64,000 bases of DNA from Clostridia bacterium. Its GTDB lineage: Bacteria; Bacillota; Clostridia; CAKSNL01; HGM11501. The number at the start of each line of letters is the position of its first letter. Positions within the stretch are counted from its first letter, which is position 1. The position numbers and the translations under genes are program-made. Shown piece by piece: positions 56,115-64,000 of this stretch. The stretch is taken from the NCBI GenBank assembly GCA_045545475.1, contig JAZQAZ010000015.1:32001-96000 (forward strand), read 5' to 3'. The notes below the pieces were generated by a model. The model was not told the origin of the DNA. It did not search any database and saw only the letters and a list, made by a program, of their open reading frames with translations.

Positions 56115-57650
56115 ATGAGTTATATTCCCGAAGTAAAAACCACAACCAAAGGATATTTCCCCATCAAAGAAGGCTTTCTGTCCGAAACCTATGTAGCTTT
56201 CGGAGGAACGGAGTACACCCACGATTACAGTTTATTGAATTACAAGCTTTATAATGATGACTACAAGGTTGTAATTGACGGCAGGGAATATAAAGCAAGA
56301 AACTGCCGTGTATCAAAAATTCCCTTCAACCGTCCCTGGCCCGGCCATCAGAGAGATTTTTCTCAGAGCGAGGATGCCGCTTTCATTTCCGTTTACGGCT
56401 CTGCACCCGTGACCTTAACAGTTTCACTTAAAGGCGGTTTCCCCTCTCCCGTAGTCAGACCTTTATCAAAAAACATCATACCTGAAAAATCAGGCGACGA
56501 TGTTGTAATTACTTTAGAAAAGCACGGTCAGTATGTACTTGAGCCTGAAAGTGAGCATAACGCCCTTCATATATTCTTTGAGGAGGAAAAGGAATATCCC
56601 GATGCAAAGGATGCAACCTACTATTTCGGTCCCGGTGTTCACTTTCCCGGTGTTATCACCTTAAAGGACAACGATTCGGTTTATATCGACAAGGAAGCTA
56701 TAGTTTTCGGTTCACTCTATTCCGAGGGCGGTAAAAACATCCGTGTTTTCGGTGGCGGTACAATCGACAATTCCACCGAGGAGCGAATTTGCGAAAACTG
56801 CTACGAAAACTATACAAAGGGAACACTCCGTTTTTATGACTGCAAGGACACCGTTATAGAAGACATAATATTGATGAACTCATCGAACTGGATTTTAGCT
56901 CTTTTTGACTGTGACGGTGCAGTAATTGACAATATAAAAATCATCGGTCATTGGAGATACAATGCGGACGGAATTGACCTTACCAATACAAGCAATGTTT
57001 TAATTAAAAATTCCTTCATCCGTTCCTTTGACGATACCATTACCATAAAGGCAATTTACGAGCATCCGTCTCCTGTTGAAAATATTGTTGTCGACAACTG
57101 TGTACTCTGGTGCGACTGGGGAAACAACTGCGAAGTTGGTATTGAAACCGATGCTCCCGTATACAGAAACATTGTCTTTAAAAATTCCGACCTTGTTCAC
57201 AATGCCGCAACGGCGATGGATATTCAGAACGGCTGCGGTGCCGATATAAGCAATGTCACATTTGAAAACCTGAATATCGAATATTCAAAATACGCCCTTC
57301 CCATGGTTTTCCAGCAGTCGGAAGAACAGGTTTATACAGCAGATAAAATGGGCGTTCCCAATTTGATAGCCATAGTAAACCACAAAATGCCCCTTCGCAA
57401 ACGAACCGACGAGGGCGTAATCCGCACCACCAAGGACTTTTTCGGCTATACCCACGACATATTATTCAAAAACATAAATGTCTATATGGATGAGCTTGAA
57501 AGAAAGCCCTCCGTTATCCTTAAGTCCTATGACGAAAATGTAGTTTTCAAAAACATTGTAATTGACTCTCTTTATATAAACGGAGCAAAGCAGGAAAATC
57601 TTGACAGCTTTAATTTAATTCTCCAAAATTCAGAATATGAGGTAAAGTAA
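56115..57650 (+). CDS. GH28-like beta-helix glycoside hydrolase, cytoplasmic; paralog of 1..1415
   Basis: Start moved to ATG 56115 (GAGGTG RBS); YYFGPGVH, VYIDKEAIVFG, WRYNADGID, IRSFDDTITIK, WCDWG. Confidence 0.75.
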   Translation: MSYIPEVKTTTKGYFPIKEGFLSETYVAFGGTEYTHDYSLLNYKLYNDDYKVVIDGREYKARNCRVSKIPFNRPWPGHQRDFSQSEDAAFISVYGSAPVTLTVSLKGGFPSPVVRPLSKNIIPEKSGDDVVITLEKHGQYVLEPESEHNALHIFFEEEKEYPDAKDATYYFGPGVHFPGVITLKDNDSVYIDKEAIVFGSLYSEGGKNIRVFGGGTIDNSTEERICENCYENYTKGTLRFYDCKDTVIEDIILMNSSNWILALFDCDGAVIDNIKIIGHWRYNADGIDLTNTSNVLIKNSFIRSFDDTITIKAIYEHPSPVENIVVDNCVLWCDWGNNCEVGIETDAPVYRNIVFKNSDLVHNAATAMDIQNGCGADISNVTFENLNIEYSKYALPMVFQQSEEQVYTADKMGVPNLIAIVNHKMPLRKRTDEGVIRTTKDFFGYTHDILFKNINVYMDELERKPSVILKSYDENVVFKNIVIDSLYINGAKQENLDSFNLILQNSEYEVK

Positions 57651-57686
57651 AAAAACACACAGAGCAAAATGCTCTGTGTGTTTTTT
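57649..57686. terminator. Bidirectional terminator
   Basis: AAAAAACACACAGAGC / GCTCTGTGTGTTTTTT. Confidence 0.85.
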
Positions 57687-57693
57687 CGTATAA

Positions 57694-58431
57694 TTACATT
57701 TTCCTTCTGCATCCGTCTATCTGAATGTTCTGTCCTGAAATATAGCTTGACTCATCACTTGCAAGGAACAATATGAGGTTTGCGTTTTCCGCATCTGTGC
57801 CTGATCTTCCTATATAGGAAAAATCGGAAGGCTCGTTAAAATTAACATCCAAGTTTTCAGATGGGCTGACAGTTCCCGGAGAAACAGCGTTTACTAAAAC
57901 GCCTTTATCCGCCACTTCCTTGGCAAGTGCCTTTGTCATTGATATAACCGCACCCTTGGTGGCTGAATAATGTGTCATATTTCCGTTTCCGTAAACACCG
58001 GCAACGGATGCAACATTTATTATTCTTCCGTAGTTTCTTTCAACCATTCCCGGAAGTACAGCTTTCGTCATATATACAACGCCCATTATATTTACGTCAA
58101 TAAATTTGCGCCATTCAGAAAAAGGAGTGTCGAGAAAGCTTCTCCATCCTCGCCAGAGCGCCGCATTGTTGACGAGAATGTCAATTCTTCCGAGTGCTCC
58201 CTCTGCCTCTTTTACAACCTTTTCTACATCTTCTTCATTGCTTACATCGCACTTATAAATAAGGACATCTTTTGTATATTTTCCGACTTCGTTTTTAACC
58301 TTTATAAGCTTTTCATAATCAATGTCAAGAAGAATGAGCTTTGCTCCTTCTTTCGCAAACCTTAAAGCCGTTGCTCTGCCTATTCCTACACTCGCACCTG
58401 TAATAAGTGCCGATTTATCTTTAAGCTTCAT
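57694..58431 (-). CDS. Short-chain dehydrogenase/reductase
   Basis: TGASVGIG, NNA, YSATK, VNAVSPG. Confidence 0.92.
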   Translation of the reverse strand: MKLKDKSALITGASVGIGRATALRFAKEGAKLILLDIDYEKLIKVKNEVGKYTKDVLIYKCDVSNEEDVEKVVKEAEGALGRIDILVNNAALWRGWRSFLDTPFSEWRKFIDVNIMGVVYMTKAVLPGMVERNYGRIINVASVAGVYGNGNMTHYSATKGAVISMTKALAKEVADKGVLVNAVSPGTVSPSENLDVNFNEPSDFSYIGRSGTDAENANLILFLASDESSYISGQNIQIDGCRRKM

Positions 58432-58443
58432 AAAAAATTCCTC

Positions 58444-59193
58444 TCATATATTGTCCCTTATTGCCTTTAAGTTTTCAAGAAGCGGCTGGGCGGGGGCTGC
58501 AAGCTCGTCGTGCTCATATACCGCAAGATACATAACACAGCCGATTTCTCCGCCGATTCTTCTAAGTAATCTGCATTCTCCTCCGCTTAAGAACAAAAAG
58601 GGTATCGAAAGCTTTTCCTTAAGAAGATTTATTATTTTAAGGTTTTCAAGCTGCTCTTCCATAGTTTCCGCACCCACAACCAGTTTTGCAATGTCAGCAC
58701 CACGTCTTTGATATTCAAGGGCAATTTCCAGTACCTTTTCGGCAGGAGTGAATTTAAGGATATGAGATGAAATTAAAACCTCAGCACCCTTTTCGTGAAG
58801 CTTACCAATTAATTCCATCTGCTTTTTTGCGGCAGCTTCATTCATCGTTACTTCGCCCGGAGTTTTATCATAAAGGTCACCCAGCACATCAACCAAGGTT
58901 GCGCCGCATTCTGCCAGCTCCAAAAGCTCTTCTGCTATTTCCTCGTCAGACTTTCCTTCGTTGTGATAGTTTCTGTAATTGGTGGCATAGACAGGTTTAT
59001 CGGTATATGAGAAAAGCTCCTTATAGGTTTCTTTGTTTCTGTATTCGGGATTAAGCTGTTCAAACTGCATACCTATCGCCTCTGCCCCACAGGCTACGGA
59101 TTTATCTGTAAGCTCCTTTATGCGCTCGGGAGTTTTTGCTATTACCATTGAGGTGATAATTGCCCTTTCGCTGTTAAGAAAAGTCTTTTTCAT
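58444..59193 (-). CDS. Type I 3-dehydroquinate dehydratase (AroD)-like TIM barrel
   Basis: ATNYR..NEG, LVDV, LISSH..FTP, GADIAKLV (Schiff-base Lys), APAQP. Confidence 0.7.
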   Translation of the reverse strand: MKKTFLNSERAIITSMVIAKTPERIKELTDKSVACGAEAIGMQFEQLNPEYRNKETYKELFSYTDKPVYATNYRNYHNEGKSDEEIAEELLELAECGATLVDVLGDLYDKTPGEVTMNEAAAKKQMELIGKLHEKGAEVLISSHILKFTPAEKVLEIALEYQRRGADIAKLVVGAETMEEQLENLKIINLLKEKLSIPFLFLSGGECRLLRRIGGEIGCVMYLAVYEHDELAAPAQPLLENLKAIRDNI

Positions 59194-59194
59194 A

Positions 59195-59959
59195 TCAGCG
59201 CCACCTTCCCATAGCGTTTCTTCCGCCGTCTATCATTATGTTTTCGCCGTTTATAAACTGACCTTTTTCCGATGCCACAAAAAGACAAAGGTCAATTATC
59301 TCCTGAGGCTCTGCCGCCCTTCCCAAAAGTGTCCTCATACCTGCCATTGACGGTCTTGTAAGAACGGGGCCGGGAGATATACAAACACATCTTATATTAT
59401 GCTTTGCCCCAAACTGTGCAAGGCCTTTGGTAAGTCCGTACATTACTCCCGATTTAGCCGCGGGGTATTCCATATGATAGGCATCCCCCTCCATACCGGA
59501 AATTGAGCCTATATTTATGATAAGTCCGCTTTTCTGCTCTCTCATCTGCTTTGCAACGGCGTGGGCAAAATAGAACTGGGCCCTGAAATTAACGTCTATT
59601 CCCCAGTCGTAAACCTCGATGGGCACATCTGGAAATTCGGGATATTTTTCCATATCAACCTTCTGCATCCTTACGGCAGTACCGCCTGCAAAATTTGCAA
59701 GAATGTCTATACGTCCGAAGGCTTTGACTGCTTCATCCCTTGCCATACATGCATTTTCATATTGGCGGACGTCGCACAAAACGCCTATTGCCTTGCCCTT
59801 ACCTTTATTATTAATCTCAGCTACCTTTTCATTAAGCACATCTTCGTTTACGTCACACATAACCGCGTTTCCGCCAAGGGATGCAATATTCTCGGCAAAT
59901 AAAAGTCCCATACCCGATGCCGCACCTGTGATAAGAGCAACCTTTCCCGTAAAATCCAT
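59195..59959 (-). CDS. Short-chain dehydrogenase/reductase
   Basis: TGAASGMG, GSISG, YPAAK, ISPGPV; abuts the AroD-like gene. Confidence 0.92.
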   Translation of the reverse strand: MDFTGKVALITGAASGMGLLFAENIASLGGNAVMCDVNEDVLNEKVAEINNKGKGKAIGVLCDVRQYENACMARDEAVKAFGRIDILANFAGGTAVRMQKVDMEKYPEFPDVPIEVYDWGIDVNFRAQFYFAHAVAKQMREQKSGLIINIGSISGMEGDAYHMEYPAAKSGVMYGLTKGLAQFGAKHNIRCVCISPGPVLTRPSMAGMRTLLGRAAEPQEIIDLCLFVASEKGQFINGENIMIDGGRNAMGRWR

Positions 59960-60104
59960 AATAATCCTCCTCTGCTTTTTTCTTTATTATATAACTTCCT
60001 TTATAAAGATACAATATCAAAAACGGTATACATTTGATGTTTTCGGTGTCATTTCCGTTATTTTGCTTGATATTTTTTATCTTTTATGGTACACTTCTTG
60101 ATGG

Positions 60105-60869
60105 GTGATGAAAATGGATTTTGATAAAATAATAATTACAAAGCTGCTTTCCATGTTTGTGGTACACTCACCGAAGGGAAGAAATGATAAGATTTTCGAG
60201 CGTCCAAGCTACGCCCTTTCTTTTACAAATGACGGGCAGATAACCTATACCCACCGTAAAAAGAGCTTTATATCGGATAATTTCTCTGCGGTAATCCTCC
60301 CCAAGGGGCAGACCTATGACATAAAGGGCGACAAAGAGGGCTTTTTTCCCGTTATCAATTTCGAGTGCGAAAACTTTTCGGCTGATACCTTCACCCTGTT
60401 CCCCATAAAAAATATGAATGCCGTTATGAAAGATTATGAATTATTGAAAAACGCATTTTTCAGCGGCAAAAATAACCTTCATACAATGGGGCTTTTTTAT
60501 AATCTTTTATCAGGAATTGTAAACCAGGGACGGGAGCAATCAAAGCTTTTATCCCCCGCAATAAACTATATAGAAGAAAACTACTCATCCGAAATAAGCA
60601 ATTTATATCTTGCAAAGCTTTGCCACATAAGCGAGGTGCATTTCAGGAAGCAGTTTAAAAAAGCTTACGGCATATCCCCCTATCAGTATATAATAAACTT
60701 ACGGATAAGTAAGGCAAAGCAGCTTCTTTCCGAGGGCTATCTTAAAATAAGTGCGGTCTCCGAAAAGTGCGGTTTTTCAAATCCCTATCATTTCTGCCGT
60801 CTTTTCAAGCAGAAAACAGGCTTAACCCCCTCTGAATATATGAAACGGAACAAGATTTTTGCACCTTAA
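60105..60869 (+). CDS. AraC-family regulator divergent from the SDR operon
   Basis: LAKLCHISEVHFRKQF; VSEKCGFSNPYHFCRLFKQKTGLTPSEY. Confidence 0.92.
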   Translation: MMKMDFDKIIITKLLSMFVVHSPKGRNDKIFERPSYALSFTNDGQITYTHRKKSFISDNFSAVILPKGQTYDIKGDKEGFFPVINFECENFSADTFTLFPIKNMNAVMKDYELLKNAFFSGKNNLHTMGLFYNLLSGIVNQGREQSKLLSPAINYIEENYSSEISNLYLAKLCHISEVHFRKQFKKAYGISPYQYIINLRISKAKQLLSEGYLKISAVSEKCGFSNPYHFCRLFKQKTGLTPSEYMKRNKIFAP

Positions 60870-60984
60870 GGTATTACTTAAAATACACATTTTTGCGGTT
60901 AATAAACAGATGACAAATAAGCAAAAGTGTGCTATAATACACCGGAAAGAGTTATACAAATAAGAATTTGACGGAGACGTAATC

Positions 60985-61845
60985 ATGGATAGAAAAGCAT
61001 TTATTAAATACATATCAGCATTATTGTTGTTTGGACTTAACGGGATAGTCGCAAGTCATATACCGCTGAACAGTTATGAAATCGTGTTTTTACGGACACT
61101 AATTGGTAGTGTTCTGTTGGTTGCCTTGTTTTTACTTAGCAAAGGTAAGTTTCATATAAAAACATACAAGAAAGATTCACTTTTCATAGTCCTATCTGGT
61201 ATCGCAATGGGAACAAGTTGGATGTTTCTTTATGAAGCATATCAACAAATAGGTGTAAGTTTATCATCATTGCTCTATTATTGCGGACCTGTAATTGTAA
61301 TGATATTATCACCACTTATCTTCCGTGAAAAACTAACTGCTCCTAAACTGTTGGGGTTTGCAACGGTGCTTGTTGGCATTATCCTTGTGAATGGTAATAC
61401 ATCTGGCAGTAGCAATACTTGGGGATTGTTCTGCGGTGCAATGTCGGCAGTGATGTATTTCTTTATGGTAACACTCAACAAGCAATCAAAAAGTATCAGC
61501 GGAATGGAAAACTCTGTAATTCAACTTGTGGTTAGTTTCTTGACTGTTGCGATATTTACAGGAATTAAGCAAGGTTTTATTATCAATGTTCCTGCAACTG
61601 CTTGGGGATGGATTTTAATACTTGGTATTCTTAATACAGGCATCGGTTGTTATCTGTATTTTTCACCACTTGCCAAACTCCCTGTGCAAACAGTAGCGGT
61701 ATGTGGTTATTTGGAGCCATTGTCGGCAGTTGTTTTTGCCGCTTTATTACTTGGTGAGAAAATGACAGCAGTTCAGATTGTTGGTGCAATTTGTATTATT
61801 GGTGGAGCAATGATAGGCGAATTGATAAAACTAAAAAAAGCATAA
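60985..61845 (+). CDS. EamA/DMT family membrane transporter
   Basis: About 10 TM segments; EIVFLR, AYQQIGV, YLEPLSAVVFAALLLGE. Confidence 0.9.
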   Translation: MDRKAFIKYISALLLFGLNGIVASHIPLNSYEIVFLRTLIGSVLLVALFLLSKGKFHIKTYKKDSLFIVLSGIAMGTSWMFLYEAYQQIGVSLSSLLYYCGPVIVMILSPLIFREKLTAPKLLGFATVLVGIILVNGNTSGSSNTWGLFCGAMSAVMYFFMVTLNKQSKSISGMENSVIQLVVSFLTVAIFTGIKQGFIINVPATAWGWILILGILNTGIGCYLYFSPLAKLPVQTVAVCGYLEPLSAVVFAALLLGEKMTAVQIVGAICIIGGAMIGELIKLKKA

Positions 61846-61874
61846 CAAATTCCAATTTGTTACTTAAATATCTG

Positions 61875-61911
61875 AAAGCAGCAAGGTGCATTTAACCTTG
61901 CTGCTTTTTTT
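61875..61911 (+). terminator. Intrinsic terminator
   Basis: AAAGCAGCAAGGT / ACCTTGCTGCTTT followed by a T tract. Confidence 0.85.
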
Positions 61912-61960
61912 ACTGAACAGCTTCTCCTTAGTTGTTTACAAAAAATTTTAAAATTTCCTA

Positions 61961-62023
61961 TTGACAATTTGACCTTCTTTGACTATAATATACTTACAAA
62001 GGTCAAAAATAGTCAAAGTCAAA
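61961..62023 (+). promoter_or_regulatory. Sigma-A promoter with CtsR boxes
   Basis: TTGACA-17-TATAAT (61961-61989); heptads TTTGACC-ttc-TTTGACT (61968-61984) and GGTCAAA-aat-AGTCAAA (62001-62017) match RGTCAAA-NAN-RGTCAAA. Confidence 0.9.
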
Positions 62024-62044
62024 TTTCGACAAGGAGATGATAAC

Positions 62045-62491
62045 ATGCATTTAAGTAACAGCATCGAAGAATTTTTAAATGAGCTTTTAAGAGACGAGGA
62101 CGGAATTATAGAAATAAAGAGAAATGAGCTGGCAGAGCGCCTTGGCTGTGTCCCCTCCCAGATAAACTATGTAATACAGACACGCTTCACCAAAGAGCGG
62201 GGCTACTCGGTTGAAAGCAGAAGGGGAGGCGGAGGCTTTATCCGCATCACCAAGGTTAAGGTCCGGGGCGACGAATATATTATGCATATAATAAATTCGA
62301 TAGGCTCCTCCCTGGATTACGCAACAGCAAGGGCTTTAGTTTCCAATTTACTGGGGTATAATAAAATAACGGAGCGGGAAGCAAAAATCATTTTAGCATC
62401 CCTTTCCGATAACATTCTTCCCTTCCCCGCACCCATCAAAAATGAAATAAGAAGTGCGGCAATGAAAAATATACTTATCAACTTAATCTGA
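62045..62491 (+). CDS. ctsR: Class III heat-shock repressor CtsR
   Basis: Start ATG 62045 (AGGAG RBS); IEIKRNELAE..CVPSQINYVIQTRFT..GYSVESRRGGGGFIRI. Confidence 0.95.
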   Translation: MHLSNSIEEFLNELLRDEDGIIEIKRNELAERLGCVPSQINYVIQTRFTKERGYSVESRRGGGGFIRITKVKVRGDEYIMHIINSIGSSLDYATARALVSNLLGYNKITEREAKIILASLSDNILPFPAPIKNEIRSAAMKNILINLI

Positions 62492-62505
62492 AAGGACTGA
62501 TTTTT

Positions 62506-62973
62506 ATGTTATGTGAAAGATGCAAGCACAATCAGGCAACAATGCATTACACAGAGGTTATTAACGGCAAGGTGACAGAATATCACCTTTGCGAGAAATG
62601 TGCAAGAGAGGAAAAGCTTTCTGCTGAATTTACCGATTTTGACATTTTCAATATGTTTTCTCCCAAAAAGGAGAAAAACGAAACAGGGCTTATCTGCAAG
62701 AGCTGCAAAACCACATTGCCCGAATTTAAGAAAACCGGTATTGCAGGCTGCTCAAAATGCTATGAAACCTTTGCTTCCGTAATTGAGTCCATGCTTTTAA
62801 GAACGCAGGGAACATCAAAGCACATTATGCCTGAGGAAATCAAAAAGGAAGAAACCACCGACGAAAAAATAGCAAAGCTTCAGTTATCCCTGAAAAAGGC
62901 AATTGAAGCGGAAGAATATGAAAAGGCGGCAAAGATAAGAGACGAAATCCGCACACTTAAGGAGGAGGAGTAA
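62506..62973 (+). CDS. mcsA: McsA, activator of the McsB kinase
   Basis: Four CxxC motifs and a C-terminal UVR motif EEYEKAAKIRDEI. Confidence 0.93.
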   Translation: MLCERCKHNQATMHYTEVINGKVTEYHLCEKCAREEKLSAEFTDFDIFNMFSPKKEKNETGLICKSCKTTLPEFKKTGIAGCSKCYETFASVIESMLLRTQGTSKHIMPEEIKKEETTDEKIAKLQLSLKKAIEAEEYEKAAKIRDEIRTLKEEE

Positions 62974-62975
62974 TT

Positions 62976-63989
62976 ATGAGCTGGTACAATGAAAACGGAC
63001 CCAAAAGCGAGGTTGTTGTAAGCACACGCTGCCGCTTTGCGAGAAATTTATCAAGCTATAAATTCCCCTCAAAAATGACAAGCGACGAGGCGAACCGCTT
63101 AATAGACGAAATAAGCGATACATTTTTTAATTCCAATGCTTCCTTTAAGGAGGAATTTTCTCTTACCAAATCAAACGAAGTTTCAAGAGAAGCACTCTTA
63201 ACACTTTTTGAAAAGCATTTAATCAGCCGTGATATGGTGAAAAATCCACTCCCCTCCGCAGTTTTGCTTAACAAAGACGAAACTGTTTCCATAATGCTTA
63301 TGGAGGAGGATCACTTAAGGCTTCAGGTTATTCTTCCCGGCTATCAGACAAAGGAGGCACTTAAAACCGCATCGGATTTTGAAAAGCTTCTTGACGGAAG
63401 GTTCGGCTTTGCGAAAGATGAAAACTTAGGCTATCTTACAGCCTGCCCCACAAACCTTGGAAGCGGTTTAAGAATTTCTGCCATGCTCCACCTTCCCGCC
63501 CTCACAATGACAAAAAGAATTGGTCAGATGCTTAATTCCGTGGGTAAGCTTGGTCTTACCATAAGAGGAATGTACGGTGAAGGCACAGAGGCAAGAGGTT
63601 GTTTATACCAGCTTTCAAATCAGGTTACCCTGGGAATGACGGACGAAGAAATATTAACCAAGGTAAATTCCGTAATTGACCAGATAGTATCAATCGAGAC
63701 AAAGCTAAGAGATGATATATTAAAGGCAAACGAAACAGAAATTAAAAACCGTGTTATGAGAGCATACGGCATACTTAAAAATTCCTATTCATTGACAAGC
63801 GAGGAAGCAATAGGTTACCTTTCCGATTTAAGACTTGGTAAAGCTCTCAGCATAACCGATTCGGACTATAAAAGCATTTCCCAAATGCTTGTTAAAGGCT
63901 CGCCCGCCTGCCTTATTTTTGAGGAAGGACTTTCAGATCCTCTGGAACGAGATTTAAGACGAGCTGATTTAGCAAAAGAAATTTTATGA
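62976..63989 (+). CDS. mcsB: Protein-arginine kinase McsB
   Basis: VVSTRCRFARNL, EEDHLRLQ, GYLTACPTNLGSGLR.S.MLHLP, RGMYGEG, YQLSNQVTLG. Confidence 0.95.
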   Translation: MSWYNENGPKSEVVVSTRCRFARNLSSYKFPSKMTSDEANRLIDEISDTFFNSNASFKEEFSLTKSNEVSREALLTLFEKHLISRDMVKNPLPSAVLLNKDETVSIMLMEEDHLRLQVILPGYQTKEALKTASDFEKLLDGRFGFAKDENLGYLTACPTNLGSGLRISAMLHLPALTMTKRIGQMLNSVGKLGLTIRGMYGEGTEARGCLYQLSNQVTLGMTDEEILTKVNSVIDQIVSIETKLRDDILKANETEIKNRVMRAYGILKNSYSLTSEEAIGYLSDLRLGKALSITDSDYKSISQMLVKGSPACLIFEEGLSDPLERDLRRADLAKEIL

Positions 63990-64000
63990 AAGGATGATTT

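Noticed and set aside
451-63292. Numerous short antisense or overlapping ORFs in the track (e.g. 10737..11420, 18841..19302, 59619..60101)
   Set aside because: They are shadows of well-supported genes, with no recognisable motifs.
61961-63989. ctsR-mcsA-mcsB as a novelty
   Set aside because: Standard Bacillota class III heat-shock operon; clpC probably follows beyond the window.
1-64000. tRNA, rRNA, integrase or prophage genes
   Set aside because: None recognised; intergenic gaps are short and explained by promoters and terminators.

Overview
A 64 kb segment, probably from an anaerobic Clostridia-type (Bacillota) genome. The inference rests on sigma-A promoters, AGGAGG-type RBSs, ctsR-mcsA-mcsB at the right end, copper-amine-oxidase 'stalk' domains and a RACo gene. 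About 60 kb is a glycan and modified-sugar catabolic island with seven AraC regulators and no recognisable sugar transporter. Its most striking feature is a two-gene module present four times: a secreted CBM6 + GH99/GH71-like enzyme followed by a secreted non-catalytic protein with 4-5 F5/8C (CBM32-like) domains, both ending in a stalk-type domain. Other notable items: an unclassified glycyl-radical enzyme operon with an M20 amidohydrolase between enzyme and activase; a 158-bp leader bounded by perfect 18-bp inverted repeats ahead of a surface beta-helix protein (possible invertible switch or structured RNA); a riboswitch-like attenuator ahead of an oadB/oadG-like pair lacking oadA; a 37-bp operator shared by two distant promoters; an SDR / AroD-like / SDR operon; and an IS200 end remnant. 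All family calls come from motif recognition by eye. No database searches were run.
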